DNA of 58,890 nucleotides, the filler included, from Sphacelaria rigidula (lineage: Eukaryota), in NCBI GenBank assembly GCA_964200075.2. It is 10 parts of 10 records of this genome, joined end to end, with 100 filler letters (N's around TTAATTAATTAA, not from the genome) between each part and the next. Parts side by side here need not be neighbours in the genome. Positions count along the whole stretch, not along the records: positions 47,193 to 52,991 come from CAXNAA020024386.1; positions 53,092 to 58,890 come from CAXNAA020024387.1; 8 more parts are not named here. One strand, given 5' to 3'. Made by a program: the position numbers and the translations under genes. The notes under the pieces are model-generated. The model did no database searches and was not told the origin of the DNA. It worked only from the letters and a program-made list of their open reading frames with translations. Each line of letters opens with the position of its first letter. The first letter of the stretch is position 1. Of the stretch, positions 51,401-58,890 are shown one piece after another.

Positions 51401-52950
51401 GGAGTTGGAAAAGGCGGGAGCCATCTTGTACTGCCTCCCAATCAGGAAAGCAAAGTACGGGCTTTTCGGTAAGTGTCTTGAGTAATTCGCGGGTGATATT
51501 CTCCATTTCTGTGGTGGAAGAAAACACGGCTCCTTTCTTGAGTAGCTCAGTAAGGGCGCGAATCCGTTTCGATAAATTCGGCAAAAATTTGCGATAGTAG
51601 GATAGCCCACCCAACGATGAGCGAAGTTGAGAAATGTTAGTTGGCATCGGCAAATCAGTCATCGCCTTGATTTTATTTGTATCCGGATGCAGGCCTGCTG
51701 GCGAAATGGAATGCCCCAAGAAATCCAAGTCAGTCGCGCAAAGGCGAGCTTTGGATGAAGACAGTTTCAAATCGTGCGTGCGTAGGCGAGAGAGAAACTC
51801 TCGTAGGGTGCGTATATGTGCAATAGGCAATAGGTGAGGCATCGAAAGCGATAGCGTCATCTAAGTACATGATGATGTGCTCGAGGCCCTCGGTGACGCG
51901 TTGCACTAAGCGTTGAAAGCATCTCGGGGCAGTGGCGGTGCCTCGTGGCATTCGAAGCCACTCATAAAGTCCGGACGAGGTACAAAAAGCCGTCAGCGGG
52001 ACTGTGTCAGGGTGTATAGCATTCTGAAAAAATCCAGAAGCGAGGTCAAAGGTGCTGAATATTTTCCCTTCGCCCAAGGAGTCGAAGACTTCATCAATGC
52101 GGGGAATTGAAAGTTTACCGACTACAGTGACGCGGTTCAACCATTGATAATTCACGGTGATGCGTATGTTTCCATCCTTTTTGGGGACGACCACAAGTGA
52201 CGAGGCCCGAGGAGAGCAGGAATTTTGTATTGGTCCCGCTCCCAAATACGCATCCAAGATGGCGTTAACTTTCTTGGTAAGGATTGGGTTGGTACGGTAT
52301 GGCCGAGAAGAAATCGTCGAGACACCAGGTTAAAGGGTAACCTCAAAAGGCAGTGTTTTGCAATGCCCAAGATCCGTCTTGGATCGGGAAATCGATCTTG
52401 GTACTGTAGCAGGGCATCACTGAGTTCTTAGATGACGGCCGGCTCCCAGCCGGGCCCATGAAGGCCAAAATCGCGCATATGTGGCGGCAGTTGGTTCCAC
52501 ATGTGCAAGAAACTATTCCGAGAATTTGGTGATAAACGTTGAAGCACTTCAGGAGGAGGATTGGAATTTGACTGGGCAGGATCCACGGTGTGGACCTGGG
52601 GTGGAGTCGCAGAGACGAGATCGAAATAGGGTTCATCGACACAATGGACTGACTCCGCCGGAGATGAGGTGTTTGGCGCGGCAGGCTCTGTGACGCACGT
52701 CTCGAATGGGATGTGCATCAGGGGAGAAGCGGCGATTCCTAAAACATCGCCGGGTTCCAAGTTTGTATGGCCCGTAAGAGGGAGGAGTTGTTGTCTTGCC
52801 GACACAAAATGTTCTGTGTCGGCTGGTGCGCAAATACGGGGTAACATTTCGGCAAGATAATGGTCCTCAAGTGCTGGCATGCCATTTCGGCGAACTAGTG
52901 CAACTTCAAGAAGTTGGGGGTCGTCGGAGAGTGTAATACCTACACTACCG
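48425..52950 (-). pseudogene. pol: Ty3/gypsy pol, frameshifted (RT, RNase H, integrase, chromodomain)
   Basis: Fragments 52428-52880, 51730-52257 (YLDD), 50877-51860 (FLGH, TDAS), 49949-50989 and 48425-49897 (FTDRFSR, LSDSGQQF, HPNGNGDTERVN, WTGPF, V..I.GH..Y...W.G...SWERESDL). Closely similar to 29496-32384. Confidence 0.95.
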
Positions 52951-53832
52951 TTGAGTCATCCTACGATAGGGGGGGGGGTATTTTGGTTGCANNNNNNNNN
53001 NNNNNNNNNNNNNNNNNNNNNNNNNNNNNNNNNNNTTAATTAATTAANNNNNNNNNNNNNNNNNNNNNNNNNNNNNNNNNNNNNNNNNNNNCAAGCATAT
53101 TGACGCTGTCATTCTAGCGCTGGCTAGCGTCACAGGTAGAAGACACCCGGTAAATTTTCAGTCAAATCAAGTTATTGTGCTTTCCGTGATATTTGAAAGC
53201 CTCGGTGCCCTACGGCGGTATATCATGGCTTCTTGGCATGCCCATGCCCGACCTACACTGTAGCGAAGTAATCGTGTTCGCGTTGTTAGTGAGTGAGTCA
53301 CTTGTGACCCCGATGGTTATGGAGTGTATCCGGGATAAAGACGCATAGAAGCAGGTAGGGCACGAAAGCTGCGTAGGACGATGCCGCTATTTTCAAGTGA
53401 AGTGGCAGCACTGCCGTAAAGTACAGTAGTAGAGCATCCTTTGGAGCTGACGGGTGCGATGTTTAGAGTTCCCTTGCCAATGTATCCATGTACTACCTGT
53501 GGCGAATATGAAGGATCAAGCAGATGAGGGCAACCCATCGAGGGTTTACGTCGTACCATCACCTTGGGATCTGGGGCTCTTATCACACCGCTGCGTTAGC
53601 AAGGTTTACAGCTCTATGTTCGTTTTTTAACCTTGCTATCGTATTGATTATTTCGTGGGAGGCGAGCGACCAAGTCGGCAGCGCCCGAAATCCTGCAGTT
53701 GCGTCTGTTCTACTATCTAGAAAATCGTGCCCAGTAAGGTATGCCTCTGTGCACTTCACACCGTGGAAGGCGCAGCTGAGATCTTCAGTGGCAGAAATGA
53801 GTGGATCTGAGTATCTAACCTACGATCTACAG

Positions 53833-54375
53833 TAGTGGGCGGTCTAACTATTCAGTGGGGTTTTGGGGGTTTCCTTGCGTAACACTCTTCGATAGAAATC
53901 GAAATTGCTAGCGTCGGTAGATTTTGGTACAATAAGCAGATCACTATCAAAGCACAGTGCCCGAGTCAGTGCTAGTTGGTGTTATCGGGGAAAGCGAGTA
54001 AATACCCCGTTCATTAGGAGGGTGTTATTGATCGTGAAACTCAGTTTTTCGCCTTTGGAGCAATGAGTAGGCATAATTTCGAAAAAATACAACTGCACAT
54101 TTTCTTAGAAATATGATCGGGACAGGCTCGATCGACCGAAAATATCGAAGCGTGAGAATTGGGGCTGAAACGTCGCAGGACCCCCGATGATCGGTCAGCC
54201 CGTAAGTCACTCAATACTGAGTACAGATGGTTTTTTCTCTTCGAATGTGGAGCGGATACAAGTATCTTCAGATCCCCAATGTGATAAGCGGTGGCAAGTG
54301 AAAAGAGCCCAAGAAAATCGCCAAATACGAAGAAATCACAAAATGCCTCAAAATGAGTAGTTAGACCGCCCACTA
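53833..54375. mobile_element. Non-autonomous hAT element
   Basis: TIR tagtgggcggtctaacta / tagttagaccgcccacta, with 8-bp TSD atctacag / atctacat. Confidence 0.9.
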
Positions 54376-56677
54376 ATCTACATACTCAGAGGGAGACGCG
54401 TCGTTCCCTTGATACCCCGGATTCGTTCCGAGGAAAGGGGAGGGTTAGATGGTGAGACGAACAAATGCACAATGTTCGCTGCCCGACCCAAGTCTTCAAG
54501 TGCATCGCCTAGTCTCCGACCTCTCCTGACTTGTTGCTGCCACACACCATAAGCGGGGAGTACATCAGGAACGGCACCGGCGCGACGACTGAGTGCTGAA
54601 GCAATGGCAGAATTCACTGTACTACACCTGCGTGCCACCCCAAGCTATGGCTGCCAGCAAGGGGTTGGAGACAGAAATCGCCACGTACCGTGCACACACT
54701 GACGAGCGTCTCAGCGGCTTAGACGAGTTCTTTCTATGAAACCTGTCATGATGAAAATGACCCACTTGACAAGACAAGTATCGTGATTTCCCTTCATCAT
54801 CCAAACAATACCGGTCCAACATGAGAGAAATCGGTGCCTGATGAACGCCAGCGCCAACCGCATATGTCGGACGAAACATCACGCCACGTACCTTTGGAGA
54901 AAAAGCAACGTGTGACCAATACCGTCGACACAGCAGCTACCATGGCTTGAATTCCACCGAATTTGTGTGTGTGTTGTCGTACATGATATCGCATGTACTG
55001 CAACATAATACCGCTCTGCAACAACATGCATAGGACGTCGTCTACTGTGAGGGGTTGTGATTTTATTAATCCCTCAGAAAGTTTGGAGCGTATGTTGCAA
55101 AACCCAACATGATGGTCAGTAAGACAGCAGGCCCGTAAATATCGTCTACCTACTAATGTGGATACACGTCTATACAAGACTAGGTCATTTCATTTCACCC
55201 CTGACGGAGACACGCTTATTGTCGCCTGTGGTTATTTTCGACGCGCCATCACCACCAACGTTCGCTGCTGCCCCGACGTCATACTGGGAAATCCATCAAT
55301 CGGTGTGAGATGTCGACACACACACTGGCATATTATAACTAGGACTGCGCTGTACTGTGCTGCACTGCTGTACTGTGACCGATGTGGAAAATGGGCCGCA
55401 CTGCCTGCGCACTACTGCTGCAGCGCATGATTGACTTTGAGGATATGTGTCATTATCCATACTCACGACCGGCGCTCATAATGCACTCTCGGTCATTCGC
55501 AAAATCCAGACTCCAAAAGGTTTCCTTGCCATGCGAATCACAAAATACCACGGTCGATCCGACTAGAGTATCTACGAAAGAACAAAAAAGGAATAGTTGG
55601 GAGTTGCGCAGAGTGAGAGAACGACAACAACCGAGAAATAAGTATTCAGCCAGTACCACAAATATGTTCTGAATCAAGTCACGTTTTGTAGGGGCGTAGG
55701 GTTTTCCCCTCTGTTCGAGTTTTGTCAACAGCCCGGTCGGCACAGGTATAGTCGTCACTTTTCCCCTTTCTTGTTGCTACCGTACCAGAGCGTATACCCT
55801 CACAACTCACAACCCCTCACACATAGCGACAAAGGGAGCCACCTCTTATTTCGCGTACCAACACACTTGCTGGGGCAGCATGTAAAGTCTTGAGACATGG
55901 GGTGCACCTTGACCTTCATGCTGCTGTCGTTGGTGGCGGAAGCCCCAAACGCTTCATTGGGGCACGAACAACGGGTAAACTTGACCTCCATTATGAACGG
56001 CAGCAGGATGATGGCCAGGGTCAAGGCGCTCTCCGGAGATGTGAAGTGCTCCTCCAGCAAGCTGTGGACTGTGAGGACGTCGGGTATGTGGGCACAGCGG
56101 TATGAAAGCACGAAACATTCACCACATAAATCCGTTGAATTCATGCTTAAAAGGAAGGCCACCGAGAAAACAGATCCACATGCCTCATGACGGTGGCCTA
56201 TAGACTCGCGTACGTCATCACCCCGGAAGAAGAGAACAGACACGACTTCTTCAACCTTGAGGTCTACCCTACTCGGGACAGCAATCATGAATATACGCGT
56301 ATACGTTACGCAGTACACTATTTTCCTTTGCAGCTATTGACCACATTTTGTCCAAGATGTGCAATGCTGCAGTTGTTTTTTGGTGTACACAGACTGATGA
56401 ATATTCTTCGATTTCCATCAGACTGAAGCACTATGACACCAGCCGTGGTCGCTGGATAAAGATACCCGACGTGAAGAACTAAAACACACGATACTTTTGA
56501 CAAGAAACAAAATCTTGACCGAATGGCGAAAAATGAAAATAAAATAAAACAAACATCACGCTCGCTACTCTGACAAAATACTCGAAAAAATAAAATAATA
56601 ATAAACGACGAAACAACAGAAATGAAGAGAATCCTCCGCCACAGGAAATAACGCAACATAAAATACAAAGGACAGAC

Positions 56678-58520
56678 TCAATACAAGCATTCACGATGCC
56701 CCTCGACCCTCTCCTTTACCACTACAGTACATGCACGAGATCCTCGTCCGGTGCAAGATTTACGATCTACCCTTCGCCTTTGGCATTCCCCTTGTGCAGC
56801 GATGGCATGTCGCCGGGTCTTTTCCTGGCTCGCGTGGATCTTGCCCATTCCCATGGGGATGAATTCCAGCTCCTTGATGCGGCCAGCGTTGAGACGCAGG
56901 AACATCATCAACACAAGTCGCCGTCTCCTTGCTACACAGCTCACTATCCACCTCCTTGCCTAGCGCCACCAGCGCCTCCTTCACCTCGTCGCTCAAAGTG
57001 TGGTCGTCCACCTCCGCTGAATCCCCGTTCCCGCACACCGAGTCGTCCATTGTTTTGTAGCGCGGGTCCAGGTAGAGAGCGAGATTCTCCACGGTGGTGA
57101 AAGCCGTATTGACCTTGCGACCTTTGAGCTAGCTGTTCGATGCAGACAGATGCCGCCTTTTGCACTGGGGTCTGGAGGTCACCGACGCACTTCAGCTCGT
57201 AGAGCGGCGGCTCCTCCCACGTCTTGGCCTCCCTCGCCTTCTCGAAGTCGACCACCCCCACCTCTGCGGAGGTGAGGATGTCAACGAGCTGGTGGAACGG
57301 GCTGAGGATGCTGTCAATGCCGCCCTGGATACCGATCTTCACTCGCTCCGTGTACTCCAGCACGCAGTAGATCTCATTCACGACCACCCAGTCGGTTGGC
57401 GATAGCCCGCGATGCGCATTCTGTATTTTTTCTCGGAGGTACTAGGCGATGGACTTCTCGAGGACGATCAAACGCACCAAAAACGCAAGCTGCGAAGCCC
57501 ACCTGGCATCCATTGTGGCGTATACACGCCGGTGTGAACGACGAGACAGCCATGAGCAACTGATCATTTTTGTTGAGTTGATGTCCTGACTCTTACTAAT
57601 TCCCGACGAATAGCTATGGTCGCAAGACGGACGACTTCAAGGTAGAGAAAACGATGAAAATGAAAAGAGAAACCCCACGGAAGAGAATGTACACAAACGC
57701 TCTAATACTAGGAGGGCAGAGAAAGACAAGAAAAAACAGGCGAACGGAAACACCCGGCAAAAAACAAAAAGCGCACACAACACAACGACGGATAAAACTG
57801 AAGGATGTCACAGTACAACCCCGAACGTCACATTCTCCTTCCTGCAGTGAAGCTGACCTGGTGTCATGGGCCCTCACTAGGTTCAGAATGTCGAACTCGA
57901 TCCAAGTTGATGGGTTCCTCGCTACACGAAGTCATCTCTTTCGCCCTCTCCAGGAACTCGCTTTGTGCCAGAGTGATGCCCGCTGCCTCCGCCGCCATGA
58001 TTTCCGCTTGTTCCTTCATCTTCTGCTCCTCAACTTTAGGCTGGACTGCTCGTAGAGCATCGTTGTTGACAGCAGAATGGCTGAACACGCCGACCAACGC
58101 GGCAGCCCTGTGGATTTGCGCCTCCATGTCCTTGTTCTGGCACCTAGAAGCTGAGCCGGCGATCCCGAGCGTCCACATCACAGCCGAGTTGATCCAGTGG
58201 ACGCGACAAAGAAGTATGGGGGCGTCGAGAGATATCCAGGCATCAACCGCGTTTCCCCCCTGGTTGACTGTTGCTGTCACAAGCACATGTTTCGGTATGA
58301 CGCTGTCGATTAAGGACCTAAACGTGTCTGTGGTAATCTGCGCGAATTAGATACAAGAGCAGGGGGACATATGAAAGCATTACGATGTCTTTGAGGGATC
58401 CTTGTTCTATTTTCTGATGTATTTTGGTGGTGTTCATGTACAAAACTGTCATGGTACGATACTTGCGACCTGGGTAGGAAGATGCCCGTTCAGTGGGCAC
58501 CGGGGCTAGTAGGCCCAAAC
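56678..58520 (-). pseudogene. hAT transposase pseudogene with intron
   Basis: VTATVNQGGN..LCRVHWINSAV, LVGVFSHS, DTR|WASQLAFLVRL (intron 57503-57857, gtcag..ccag), LSPTDW..I.CVLE, ALYLDPRYK, LMMFLRLN. Carries stops, frameshifts and an internal deletion. Confidence 0.88.
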
Positions 58521-58890
58521 ACAGTCTTTAGTATCGAAACCATTGAGTTCGATATTCTCGAGTGGCAGTCAACCACCGCACCAGTGGTCAGGGGGCATGT
58601 CAAGAACCGCGCAGGCTGCAGCACAACATGTGCTGCATGAAGGTCACGCTTACATTTTGTGAAGACCAGAGAATCCTCTGAAATAGCGGCGTAGATGCTC
58701 TTGTATTATTGGCGTACAGGCTAACTTGTGCTTTGCTAGTTGAGATGTATGGTCCAATACGACTCTGACCCAAAGGGGGCAGGCAGCTGGATTCAATCAA
58801 ACAATGTAGTATGACCCGTCGGGTACCAAGCATGACAAGTATGACAAATGGAACCCAGTCGACTGGAACATGACCAATAAATCTGTAACA

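Noticed and set aside
1..58890. Fanzor/TnpB, Cas, Helitron Rep-Hel or viral hallmark genes
   Set aside because: No RuvC, HUH, helicase or capsid motifs seen in the ORF track or in the frames I read by eye. Very decayed copies could be missed.

Overview
Repeat-rich eukaryotic nuclear DNA, most likely a brown alga (Phaeophyceae, Ectocarpus-like). That assignment is inferred from intron style and remembered repeat families, not from a search. The window is NOT one locus: it is ten pieces of exactly 5799 bp joined by identical 100-nt linkers (N44-TTAATTAATTAA-N44), so adjacency across gaps means nothing. One host gene fragment is clear: five spliced exons of a CaMK/CDPK-family Ser/Thr kinase (17928-23200, +). 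The rest is mobile DNA: two related Ty3/gypsy pol regions (one intact 963-codon ORF, one frameshifted with a chromodomain), several LTRs, an LTR+gag fragment inside a foldback element, an intron-containing hAT transposase pseudogene, a possible Penelope-like RT relic, tRNA-derived SINEs, many MITE families and tandem or inverted satellites. I see no CRISPR array, rRNA or convincing new enzymatic system. The most unusual pattern is a LINE-like family whose 3' ends always abut C/G homopolymer tracts, twice the tracts built into Sola2-like MITE termini.
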